A DNA stretch of 64,000 nucleotides from Monocercomonoides exilis PA203. Lineage: Eukaryota; Protista; Preaxostyla. Below the pieces are notes generated by a model, which was given only the letters and a program-made list of their open reading frames with translations, was not told where the DNA came from and ran no database searches. The position numbers were made by a program, and so were the translations under genes. The DNA is taken from assembly GCA_001643675.2 (NCBI GenBank), contig LSRY02000017.1:1178001-1242000 (forward strand), in the 5' to 3' direction. How positions within the stretch are numbered: position 1 is the first letter of the stretch; the number at the start of each line of letters is the position of its first letter. Shown piece after piece: positions 1 to 11,399 of the stretch.

Positions 1-244
1 ATTGATTCAGATATGTTAGTTTTTATATTTCTGTAAAATGTATTCTTTTTTTCTTTCAAAAATTTTTATTAATTAAAAATTAATCTTCACTTCTCTCTCA
101 AAGAGAGAGCATTGCAGTATCAAACAAGTTATACAACAATTCTAATATTAATTTATTGAATTCAGTTGAGTTAAAAAAAGAAAGAATAGTTATATTGTTA
201 TGTCTTTGGTATTTGCCAAAGCTGTGAATTGTTCAAATTTTTCG

Positions 245-263
245 AAAAAAAAAAAAAAAAAAA

Positions 264-343
<80 letters not shown>
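245..343. repeat. Interrupted poly(A) tract followed by an (AAT)n microsatellite
   Basis: A-run 245-310 interrupted once by 'cat', then about 10 AAT units; abuts the hairpin element at 352. Confidence 0.95.
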
Positions 344-346
<3 letters not shown>

Positions 347-351
347 TGTTG

Positions 352-717
352 GACACTTTCAATTTCTGTGGACAGTGGCATTATCTCAACAACTGTTGAT
401 AATTGTATTTTGACAATTAATCCAATTATTCCCTCAATGAATATGAACAAATAAAACATACAGAAATGAATCAACTTGCTCTGCAGAATTTTGAAAAAAA
501 ACATTTTTAATTTTCGGAGAAACCCTAAGAAAAAAAATTCTCCGAGTTTCTCCGAATATTAAAAATGTTTTTTTTCAAAATTCTGCAGAGCAAGTTGATT
601 CATTTCTGTATGTTTTATTTGTTCATATTCATTGAGGGAATAATTGGATTAATTGTCAAAATACAATTATCAACAGTTGTTGAGATAATGCCACTGTCCA
701 CAGTTATTGAAAGTGTC
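352..717. mobile_element. Foldback/MITE-like element with ~172-bp inverted arms and a 22-bp spacer
   Basis: 352-523 (GACACTTTCAAT...TTCGGAGAAAC) is the near-perfect reverse complement of 546-717. Flanked by TG (350-351) and TA (718-719), compatible with a mutated TA target duplication. Confidence 0.75.
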
Positions 718-2589
718 TACCATTATTGACACTAACAATACTCAAGATTTTTTATTCTTTAATACAGTCTAAACAGGATATAATCACGTCGAATATAATC
801 ACATTCATTTATAGTCACATTTTTCGATGCACCGACAATTATGGCCTTTTTTCCTATCATTTCCCATCGCAAATAATCACAGAGCTAAATATATATAATC
901 ACATTTTTTATTATAATGAGTTCATTTTTCAATGAAAAATCTATTTTTCGATCAAAAATTCTAATTTTATGATTTTTCAAAAATGTGCTCAAAAAAGTCA
1001 AAATAATGTGTATTTTTAATCAAAATTTTTGATTTTTTGATTTTTCAGAATTATGTTTAAACTAGTCAAACTGACATTAGCATGCATAAAAAAGTGTTAT
1101 TTCAATTGAAAAATGGGTTTTGATGAAGAATTTTCAAAAATGAAAATATTGACCCAAAATTAATTAATTAATTAATTAATTTTTATTTTTTTCTGTGTTG
1201 AGCAGCATAGTATATTATCACAATCGGATATAGTCACAAAAAGTTGTGCAAAACCCGATGTGATCATATCCGGTTTAGACTGTGTTCTATTTTTATAAAT
1301 AAGTGAAAATTTTTGAAAAATCACCACAGATCAAAAAGTGATACCATTATATTATTATTTTGAAATATTCTTTCATTCTAAAATGCTTTGAGCTCGTTTT
1401 ATCGATGGAAAAAAACCACATTCGAACATTCCATGATAATGTTTGTAAACAAAAATGAAATTTGAATTTTTATTGCATATTTTGATCAAAATAAATTATG
1501 ATTTTTTTGAAATAAACTCATGCAAGAAGATTTGAATTTTCGAAGAAAACCTGTTCATAGCCTTTTTTAAGGATAAAGTGATTTTTCAAAGGACGGTAAT
1601 TGTGGTGCGTTTCAATTGATTAGGTTCTATATTTTTTTGACATTTTGTGTATTTCGGATGGATTGAAATATTTATCGTTGAACATTTTCCTTCACCGTTT
1701 AATTTTTGGAAGGAAAATCAACACTGATAATTGATTTCGCAATTTTACCAAAAATCCGCATCTCAAACATGAAAATTTACAATAACAATTAACAGAATAG
1801 TTCGAATTTGTTGTCTCAGCTTCTTTTTCTTCCTTGTCAATTTTTTATTTGAATGAAGCTTGTGTGGTTTTTTGAATTGAAGTTGCACCAAGGATAGGAA
1901 ATAAACGATTTTTTGGAGCAGAAGGGAAGCGAAGACGAGTAGGATAGGTTTTATTGGTAGAACAGAGAAATATTTGAAGTTGGAGAAGAAAGTTTGCGAA
2001 GAATGATCATTATTAAAAGATATAGGTTTGCCACTTTTTTCAATGTTCTTTTTTATATATTATTTTTTTATGAAATTAGATTGTTTTGCAGGAACATTTT
2101 ATGCCAATGAATGAACACAGAATATGAAAGAAAGGATATAAAATGCATTAAAGAAGTCAGAAAACAGCAATCGAAGGGGCGCATATGGAAATGAGCAGGT
2201 GCAAAATATAAATGAAATGAAATGAAGATTTTTTTTTTGAAGGTTTTGGAAGACATATACGACGAATCTTGTTAAAAGCCGAAAATGAGATCAAGGAATT
2301 GATGACACATCAGAAGAAGAAATTTGGCAAATAATTGAGAAGATGTTTGTAAGAAATTTGAATGAAAGAGAAAATTTGAATGAAAAGGAAGAAAAAATGA
2401 AAAATGAAAATAGAAATTTGAGGGATGATTGAAGATGAGTCAAGAGAACGGACAAAAAGAAAGAAGAAGAAGAAGAAGAATGAAAAGAAGAAGATGGAAA
2501 AGAGGCGATTGCGATGGAAATGAAGGAGGAGAAATGGAAGGATGGATCACACCGGATGCACACGCAAAGGACAGCCGCAAATTGTTGAT

Positions 2590-5460
2590 TGCCAATTATT
2601 TGCAATTCAGAGGATGTTTGTTCTGTGCCAAAGAAGCAGATACTGCTGATGCATGACAACACATTGACTCCTCCCTCCTTCCCTCACTCTGCCGTGCCAT
2701 CGCTTGTGAAGCAGCTGCACACTCTGCACATTCCCCAGCAGCACCACAAAGCAGATTGGACGTCCCACCTCGTTTGCTCTGCAGCTGCCGCCCCACGAGC
2801 TGCACCAGCATCATCACCATCCGGAACGGCACGCACTGCTGAATGCGCAGCATCAACACTTCGATTCAGCACTGCACCAGCTAGCACCACCGAAAGCACC
2901 TGCACCTGATCATCCAGCGCTGGCTGACTGTCTTCACAACCGAGCTGTTCTGTGACAGGAATGGAGGAGATCTGCAGTTAGCAGCATCACACACATCTGG
3001 ATGTGTCAGATGCAGTGTGAAGAAATCATTGCTCAGGAACGCCTCCAGCGCAGACGCAAACGACTGCAGACAGCAGCTAGACAGTCAGTTACGTACTAGG
3101 AAGATGCGCAACAACAGTGCATGTCGCATCTGCGGATTGCACACACACAAAAGACACTCTTTCTTCGAGAATGTGAACCCTCTGCATACTGTCCCTGGCG
3201 ATGATGACGATGTTGATGATGAAGTCGATGGGGCGCCATTGTATATCGCATCATACAGCGCCTTCATGGCCTCCTTCCGCTTCTCTGCATCAGCCATGTT
3301 GTAGTTCTTCAAATACCTCAGAAACACATACGCGTTGACCTCTCCCTTCACCGAATAAAATCACTTAGACACCCCAAAAAACATCTTGATCTTCTTTTCC
3401 AATGCCCCTTCAAGCACCGTGTTGAATGACATCAAAAATGACAGCTCATTTCAAGAAAAATCCTCCAATGCAAACACATTAAATGGCTATATCAAAAGAA
3501 AGAACTTCCGGAACAGCTCCAATCCGTTGATCATATCCAACCGCGCTGTTTCGCTCTTCTTCTGCTCCGCATGGTTCTCCCATGGACACATATACACAAA
3601 ATCTCCAAACCTCCCAGTCGGAAGCACAATCCCCGCCTACCCAAGACTTTCCCCGCTTTTATATGTCATGATCTTGTCTCCGTATATCCCTCGTATCTTC
3701 TGTATTGTTCACTCTAGCAACAATTGCAGCACTGACAACAGCAAATTCAGCGGACGCTGCACAGATACAGACGATTGTAGCTGGTGTATCATCTGAAGTA
3801 CATGTACTGTTTCAAGCTCCACCTGCGTCAGCTACTCAGAATCAGTTTTCATCAGCCGCTCCATCACCGTCTCCAGTGCTGGCAGAACCACCACAGATGC
3901 CCCAGACAACCCTGTCCACGTTCAACCCTGTGACTTCTCAGGCCACTTCGACTCTTCCCGCTCTTTCTTCGGATCGTCGTGCGGTGACAGCGGAATCTCA
4001 GACAGCGCTATCGCACTCTTTCTTTTGCCTTTTCATCATCATCCCCATCATTTCCACATTTTTATCTGCTCCATCTTTCCTGCCCATGCTAAAGTTCACA
4101 TCTCCACCTGCTCCTCCATCTTCTTCACTTGCCCAACAAGCTAATGCACTGTCTCTTGATTCTTCACCTTCATTTTCGTTAGTTCCACCTTTTTTTCTAC
4201 AAGTGCTGCATACTGCTTTTCAATTTCCTTATTGTTCAGCTCCTTCTGCTTGCTTATCGTCTGCTCCGGAACTTATGACAGCACCATCTGCATCTTCCTT
4301 TCATTCTTCATTTTGCTCATCTTCTGCCGTACAGTTGCATCTGCTCTTCCACCTCCGCAAACACTCTTTCGCCTTCCGCTGTTTCCTTCTCCCACATCAC
4401 TCACCTCGCTCCCCACTTTCACAACAACCCTCTTCCTACTCGTGTCTGGCCCAAGCAAAAAAGCGATGTCATCCCTGATGATCTCTGTTAACTTCTCCTG
4501 GCACTTTTCGCACAGCCCCAACGGCAGAATCAATGACTCCGAAGACTGAACCACCCCATTATACACACAAATTAATGAAGAAGATATGGAAATTGTAACC
4601 CCCGACCAGCCAGTTTCCACTTTCCACCATACTCACCACCCCTCCTTGCTGAGCCCATCACTTCTTCTCCTTCCCCTGCTTCACCTGCATCACCTCTGCG
4701 TTGTGCTCCTCGCTCAGCTCCAAAATCTTCTTCTTCTTCAGGATTATTTCGTTCTTCTCCTGCAGCTGCTCTGCCAGCCCGCTCAACAGATTCGCCTCCT
4801 TTTCCTTTCCAACTTCTTCTTCTTTTCCTTCTTCCAGCGCCGCTTGCGCAATCGCTGCTGGTGACAGAACCACATCTTCCATCTTTGACCACCCTGACTC
4901 CAGCGCCTTTCCATCACTCCTCTCTTCCACTTCGTACACTGCAATCCCTCGCCCCATCACTTTATCATCCAGCTTCACCATTGCAAGCCACGAGTTCAAT
5001 GATCGTGATACCAGCAGCGCTATCGCCATATCTGCAGTGACGGGTTATGCAGATCGTTGATTAACGGGAACGCAGTCACATCAACCGTTGCAAAAATCCT
5101 CTTGCACCACGACTTCGTTCCCGCTGACTCCGCAAGAGAAGGAAGCGTCTCCATCAGTAGAACAGAAACCATCGTCGAAAGCGAAACGATATAACCTTGC
5201 AGCGTCTGCAGCGACCAAGGAAATTGATTCTTTTGATTTGAATACACACGAGATGCTTCAGGCACCACAATCTGCATCCGTCTCTCGATAACTTCTTTCG
5301 CTGCTACAAAAATGAATGAAGCTGCTGGAACCAACGCATCAAAAGGGATGAACACTGGAGCCGATAATTATCCTGATGACTGCACATTTACAGCTGCCTT
5401 ATTTTCTTAACTTCATTGCCTTCGCACTGCCAAAGCACATCTATGTTCTTCATAAATTGA
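2590..5460 (-). pseudogene. Decayed GC-rich protein-coding gene of unknown family
   Basis: Chain of protein-like minus-strand ORFs in different frames (5020-5355, 4658-5029, 4273-4620, 3085-3351, 2684-2905), with in-frame stops around 3386-3700. GC-rich against AT-rich flanks. Confidence 0.6.
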
Positions 5461-6198
5461 AGAATCTAAAGAAAGTTCATATAAATGAAACAGCTGACTG
5501 AGCTATGAATGATACTAAAATGAAAAAAAATATGAGTCATTCATTTTTTCTTTGTAATTGCATTCTTCAAACCAAATCATAGACTTTACATATCGATCAT
5601 TAATAACATTAGTTTTTGTATTAAAATACCTTGTTTTTCAATTGTATAACTTTTATTGAACAGAAATAAACATTTATTCATTTTTACACGCTTCATATTA
5701 ATTCTTCAATAGTGTCAAAGCTGAAAAATTGTTAAATTAAACATTCAAAAATCTCCGGATATAAAACAAATATAAAATAAATTCGTTTGCAAATAGAGAT
5801 TATATTGATAATAATAGTTATATCACACACATATATAAGTGAAACTCGTTTTATTGAAAAATTAGCATAGAAAAATTCAAGTTAAATACATTGCAGTTTT
5901 ATTACTGCAAAAAATACAAATAAACTTCAATTATTGTTATATACAGATAATGTTAATGATTAAAATTTTTACAAGGAAAGAATCAAATGCTTATGTCTGA
6001 AGAAAAATGAATGAGGAAATTGAAGGAGTTATAATTACGGGAAACAAGAATTTGCCTTTGAGTTATTGTGGGACAGATCAGGCTAAAAAAAGTGATTTTT
6101 CAAAAATTTTCACCCAAATATTCATAACAAAAATCAAAAACTGTGTTTATAAAAAGAATTTATTGCATATAGATTTTCCATTGTTTTTGACAACCGAT

Positions 6199-6556
6199 AT
6201 TGTTTGTGAAAAAAAACCAAACAACAAAGATTTTTTTTTAATTTCAGAATGAATAATTCTGATGATACTCTTCCAAACGTATCTTATCAATGCTCACTCT
6301 TTTGGCATATCTGACTTTCATTTTTGTGCAGAATGAACATTATTAAAAAGAATATTTGAAATTTCGTACAAACTCAAAATCATATTTCGTTGATATTTCA
6401 AAAATAATATCTTTAAGCATTCATAAGCGAAAATAAAACTCTATTGTTCCATATAAGTTGGCTTAGCTAAGGTTTATTTCAAAGATAATTATCAGATTTA
6501 TTCGTTGAGTAGTTATTGAAAAATCGATCTTGTCCTGTCTTTTTTGTGATGAATTG
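6199..6556. mobile_element. Old degenerate copy of the 17817-18174 MITE, in the opposite orientation
   Basis: Collinear matches to the reverse complement of the intact MITE: GTTTGTGAAAAAAAACCAAACAA vs GTTTGTGCAAAAAATACCGGACAA; TGGCATATCTGACTTTCAT vs TGGCATACAAGACTTTCAT; AATATTTGAAATTTCGTACAAACT vs AATATTGAAAATTTCGGAGAAACT; and a shared ATCGATCTTGTCC. Same ~358-bp span. Confidence 0.6.
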
Positions 6557-6671
6557 TTTTTTTTTTGCACAATTCCTAATCATTTTTTCTTTCAGGTTTA
6601 TAAAATATGAGGAGTTATTCTTTTTTCAAAACGTTATAAAAAATGGAAGAAGAAGATTATCACTGAAATCA

Positions 6672-6679
6672 TTTGAGCG
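6672..6679. repeat. Left target-site duplication TTTGAGCG
   Basis: Identical direct copy at 17504-17511, immediately outside the right TIR. Confidence 0.9.
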
Positions 6680-7042
6680 GGCATAGGTGTATTAAAGGTC
6701 CTTTTCCAATTCTTGATTATTCATTAAAACATTATGATATATAAAAAGAAGATTTAATAATAAAACATTTGTATGGACTGGATTTTTGAAATTCTTTTTT
6801 ATTCTTGAGAAAAAACTATTTCATAAAATCACCCATTAACACTGGTATTTTTCTAAAATATAGATAAAATCTGATAATTTTGAAACAATAAGCAGCTGAG
6901 AGGTTGTTCATTATAATATTGCCCTATTTTAAAAATAAAATTTTAAGAAATAAAACATTAAAAATAAATAAATTATGAAATTGAATAATTTGATCAATCC
7001 CACAATTATATTTTTTATATTCAAATAATAAGAACTCGCTTT
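6680..7042 (+). repeat. Left terminal inverted repeat (363 bp)
   Basis: Line-by-line comparison with the reverse complement of 17141-17503 shows one mismatch (position 15, A/T). Confidence 0.95.
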
Positions 7043-7656
7043 TTTTTATTTTACACAATGTCAAAGTTTTCCGATGTCACCTTTTCTTTTCCATATATAT
7101 TTATACTTTTATATGCAGGTGATTCCATGTTAAAATTCACTTAAACTGCTTTTTCATAGCTTCATTGAATTACAAAGGATTTTTTTGTTAATATTTATTG
7201 GCTTTCTTCTCAAATATGCATTGGTGAACGATCACTATTGATAATGAACATTTTTTTATAAGATTATAACTTTTTTAAAGTTCATTTGATTTGTTTTGAT
7301 TTATTCATTTTCAATTTATTGCTTTTTTCAGCAAAATACCGAAGATAATTGTTTTCTTTTTGGTCAAAACCAGTAACTTTTCATATTTTTGTAGCTTTTT
7401 TATTAATAAAATGAATAGATTAGAAATAATAATACCTTTAACAAAATTTTTAAATGTCAATAAAAATTGTGAAAACAGTTTCTTTCACTCCGAAATCCAA
7501 ATTGTTATTTCATTGAACGCATACCAAGTGCTCTTTTTCAAGGTATATCTATCAAATAGATGTTTCAATTGTTGGATCATTCAAAAATAATAACAAAAAT
7601 TTTGTAAATTCAATGATAACCATAAACTCAGTCAACTTTATTTCCTTTTTCAAAAA

Positions 7657-8400
7657 TTGCATCACTCCTCCTCCTCCTCCTCATCTTCTTCTTCTTCTTC
7701 TTCTTCGACTTGTTCATGCGAACATCGCGCTCTGAAAGCAACACAACAGCGACATGAAACAGAAACTGGAACAGGTCCATCACCACAGAAAGAGAAATTG
7801 AAGTCAAAGACGAAAATGAACACAGGCAATGGACATGCACGCGCTCCTCAAGATTGTCATCCACATCAATTGCATCATCATCATCACCACCACCACCACC
7901 AACACCAACACCACAGCCATCACAGCAATCAAGGCAGCAAATAGCACCACAAGTACCAGCAAATGCTGCAGAAACAACCTCAACAACAATCTCGGCAGCA
8001 GTCACAATTACAGTCTAACCATCATCATCAACATCATTCAGAGGGAGTCAACAGGCAGCACCGCAGGCACAACTGCTCTGATGAGCGTTCACATGGAACT
8101 GAGACGGCTACTTCATCTTATTCCCCCAGGAACAAAGCGAAGCGGATGAGCATAATTGTGCCTGCGGAGCAGCTGTTTGCGAGCGAGCATCGGTTTGAGA
8201 AGGAATCTCTTCCGCCCTCTCCTTTTCCGAAGGACAACCCACAGTTTGTGAGCACGCTAGCAGCAGAAACAGGGGCAGAGACAGATGCAGAAGCCAAAGC
8301 AGAGACAGACATCAGACGCGAAGGGGATGGGCCTGGTTTGGTCAAAAGCGCAACGCTATTGTTGTCTAATTCTTCCTCCTCTTCCTCCTCTTCTTTGCCA
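7657..8400 (+). pseudogene. Cargo fragment: His/Gln/Ser-rich low-complexity coding sequence
   Basis: ORFs 7657-7944 and 7963-8622 are in the same frame, separated by one TAG (7942-7944) inside a Q/H-rich run. No convincing start or end. Confidence 0.5.
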
Positions 8401-8619
8401 CTTCGGCTGTTTCAACAACAGAATGCGCATCTTTCTGGTTCAGGCAATCCTTTGCCAGGCTGCTCGGCAACTCCTAAACTTGTTGACCAACGCTTTCATT
8501 TTCTCCACCTCCCCTTCCGCCACATGCATTGCCTCTCTCTCCTTTTCCTCTTCATCTTTTTTTTCCTCTTCTCCTTCTCCTTCTTTATACGTTATTTCTT
8601 CTTCATCAAATTCTTTAAA

Positions 8620-8780
8620 TAATTCTTCTTCTTCATCTTCTTCTTCTTCTCCTCCTCCTTTTCCTCCTTCTCCTTCTTCTTCTTCTTCTTCTTCATCTTC
8701 TTCTTCTTCTTCTTCTCTCTTTCTCTCTCTCTCTCACTCTATATATATATATATATATATATTTCTCTCTCTCTCTCTTT
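8620..8780. repeat. (CTT)n / (CT)n / (AT)n / (CT)n compound microsatellite
   Basis: Directly visible; lies at the junction where the surface-protein fragment is truncated. Confidence 0.9.
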
Positions 8781-8804
8781 CTTTCTTTTTTTCATCGCTC
8801 TTTT

Positions 8805-10750
8805 GGTGACATATTCGTAATCATAATCTCAATCAGCTTCGGATCTTTTTTCACTGTTTCATTCACAACCTCTTGCAATTCTTCATTTCTTTCCTTCACT
8901 TTCCTTCACCGAATTTCCAGAACAACGGATACAACAAGAACGATTATCAATATGATACACATAATTATAACAATCAACAACAAATAAGATTTTCCTTCTT
9001 TTCCTCCTTCAACAATCCTTTCATCTCCTTTTGGTTCTGTCTCTCTTAAACTCTTCAGAATGAACGAGTTTATTGAGAAGAGAGTATTTGAATTCCCAAA
9101 CAAAATATGAGCGCTAACTTCTATTTCCTCTCCACAGCTGCTGATAATATCTTTTGCCACACTCCCTTCAACTTTTCTTTCTGACAAGAATCCTTCCATA
9201 TCAAAATCATAATGCTCAATCTCTTTCTCCTCTCCCTTCCTCTTCACAACTGAGAATGATAAGTTGCATGGAATAAGAAGCATTCCTTTAAATGTCAGCT
9301 TCATTCTATCTGTCTCTTCTTTTGCTTCCACACTCTCCAGCACAGGAATGAAGAATGATGAATCCCTTTCTGAAGCAATCCCTTCAAAACTGCACCCAAC
9401 ATTCAGCATCCACAGTGAAGTATTTCTCTCCAATCCATCGCCCCCTTTCACACTCATCACATTCAATGAACCTGAATCTGAACAGATGATGTTTCTTCTC
9501 AGTGATGGATATCCTTCAATTGATGGATTGTTATTCAAAAACTCTCCTTTCTCAATATTCACATTTCCTCCACTCATTGTTATTCCACCTTCTATCGAAT
9601 TTGAGATTGTTGTATCTTTCATAATAATAGTACTCTTGGTGATATCCAAAAGAGATCCATCCCATCTACACATCTCTTCTTCTGTATTTGAATTCATTTC
9701 ATTTCTTTCTTTTGAATTCCCATCAAAAATGCAACTGTCCATTTTCACATCCAAACAATCCTCCACTTTCATCAATTTCCCTTTTGCTTTGTTTGAACAA
9801 ATTCCACCTATTGAACAATTTGCGAATTGCATCGTCTTTTTCGTTGTCAAGCAAGATATCAATGATTCTTCATTTCCTTCAACTGTGATATTTTCAACCT
9901 TCAATCTGTCCATATTCAACTGTCCACATTCATTAATATCTATCAAAGAAGTTTTAATTGTTGAATTGTAAATCATTAATAAATAAATAACAGATGAAAA
10001 TGGTGATGAAAGATATAATGCCGATTCATGAAGAATGAGATTTGATATTGTGCATCCATCGAGTTGTAATTCTCCTTTTTCCATATTGATAAAATGAAAT
10101 GGAATGATTGCTAATTTTGCATTTTCTACTTCCGTCAGTTGTTTTGAGGTGAATAAACAATTTATTATCTCAAGAATTCCTCCTTCTGGTGAGATCAGTG
10201 ATTCATGTGAAGAGATGAAATTCGAATCAAATACAAAGTTCACTCTCGCCATTGAGACTGTTTCTGTTGTTGAAATCAAAGAATTCTTTTCACTTGTAAT
10301 CTCTGATTTCACTTCAACTTCACACGTCTCTCTTTTCTTTGAACTCATGCTCATTTCCTTCAAATTTATCTCTTCTTTAATATTACTCTCTTCAATCACC
10401 AGTATTTGACTAATCAGCTCTGATGACAAATGCATTAGTCCATGATTAATTGAATCATATGGAAATGTGTTAATTCAACATTGCTTCCCATTCGATTCAT
10501 TCCCACTGCTCACAATGACCATTTCGCTCTGATGGATCGTAACAAAATCAATAAGATCTGCATCATTTGTGTGGTCACAACCATCAATTCCATAAATCGC
10601 ATTCATCCGTGCGTTATGGCCTTCCCAAAGATTAAACTGGAATTTCATTTAATTGTTCTTCAATCCAATATTGTTTCATTCAAAAAATATCTTTTAGAGC
10701 TTATGTAGTGTAGGCATTGACCTTTAACTTAACTGCGTGTGTCTTTAATA
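8805..10750 (-). pseudogene. Cargo fragment: truncated large single-pass membrane protein with a beta-helix-like ectodomain
   Basis: The 509-aa ORF 8906-10435 has repeated beta-helix-like segments (TISNS..GGI...GG...I...F.NN) and a C-terminal TM (LLLIVIIMCIILIIVLVVSVV). A TGA at 8906-8908 is followed by further coding-like sequence (RKVKEENEELQEVVNETVKKDPKLIE), which is cut at the microsatellite. The 5' part is frameshifted. Resembles an expanded oxymonad surface-protein family (from recall, unverified). Confidence 0.7.
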
Positions 10751-11399
10751 ATTCGTTTCTTTAATCTATATAAATTTCTCTTCCTTTTATTTTGATGCCG
10801 CTGTGTTGATTATAGCCTCGACTTCAATATTCGTTATACTTAAACGAAAATAAATGATATTTTATGAGTTTTGTCAAAAATTTTAATGAAACAATGTTTA
10901 TTATTGATAAGAATGTTTCGCACGCTTTGTAAGAGCTTCTATATTCATTATCAACATGGTATAACATGGGTGATTTTTTTTGATATCATAAAAAAAGATC
11001 AAAAATTGAAAAAATAAAATCGATAGTGGTATTTATTGATCAAAAAACTAAATTGTTTTTTGCAAGTATTTAGCTTTTGTTTCTGTAATATATATTTGTT
11101 TTATTTTTAAGAATAAAAAAACACACCTTTTTTATGTTTTTGTTGAAAAGATTTTTTTTGATCAAGTTAAATAAAAATTAACCTAAAATAAATAAAGTTA
11201 AACCAACAAAACTCATCAAAAAGACAAAAAAATATTCTTAACTTGCTCAAAAAAGCTAATAAAAGGGAAAAAATATTTAAAGAACTTTGAAAAATGCAAC
11301 AAATTTGTGAATTTTCATTTATCTGAAGAAAAAGAAATGCGTTTTCCATTAATCTATCTGAAACCTCATCAAAAAATTTCCGTATCTGCTTATCAGCTC

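Noticed and set aside
190-504. Poly-Phe, poly-Lys and poly-Ile ORFs
   Set aside because: Artefacts of the poly(A) and (AAT)n tracts and the hairpin arm.
1223-1275. Short imperfect palindrome ATCGGATATAGTCACA…TGTGATCATATCCGGT
   Set aside because: Only about 13 of 16 positions pair, and no function can be supported.
1500-2450. Purine-rich, coding-like remnant with a possible intron (2026-2079)
   Set aside because: Too many stops in all frames to assign a product or boundaries.
2590-5460. DIRS/LTR retrotransposon
   Set aside because: No recognisable RT (YxDD), RNase H, integrase or gag motif, and no terminal repeats of that type.
6680-7042. The two 363-bp repeats as independent MITE insertions
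   Set aside because: Each copy lacks its own inverted ends and its own TSD; the TSD brackets the pair.
7942-7944. In-frame TAG in a Gln-rich run as evidence for a TAR=Gln genetic code (known in some oxymonads)
   Set aside because: Conserved genes here end at TAA or TAG (LeuRS, PBDC1, phosphatase), and their long ORFs contain no internal TAR. The TAG is best read as a CAG-to-TAG nonsense mutation in dead cargo.
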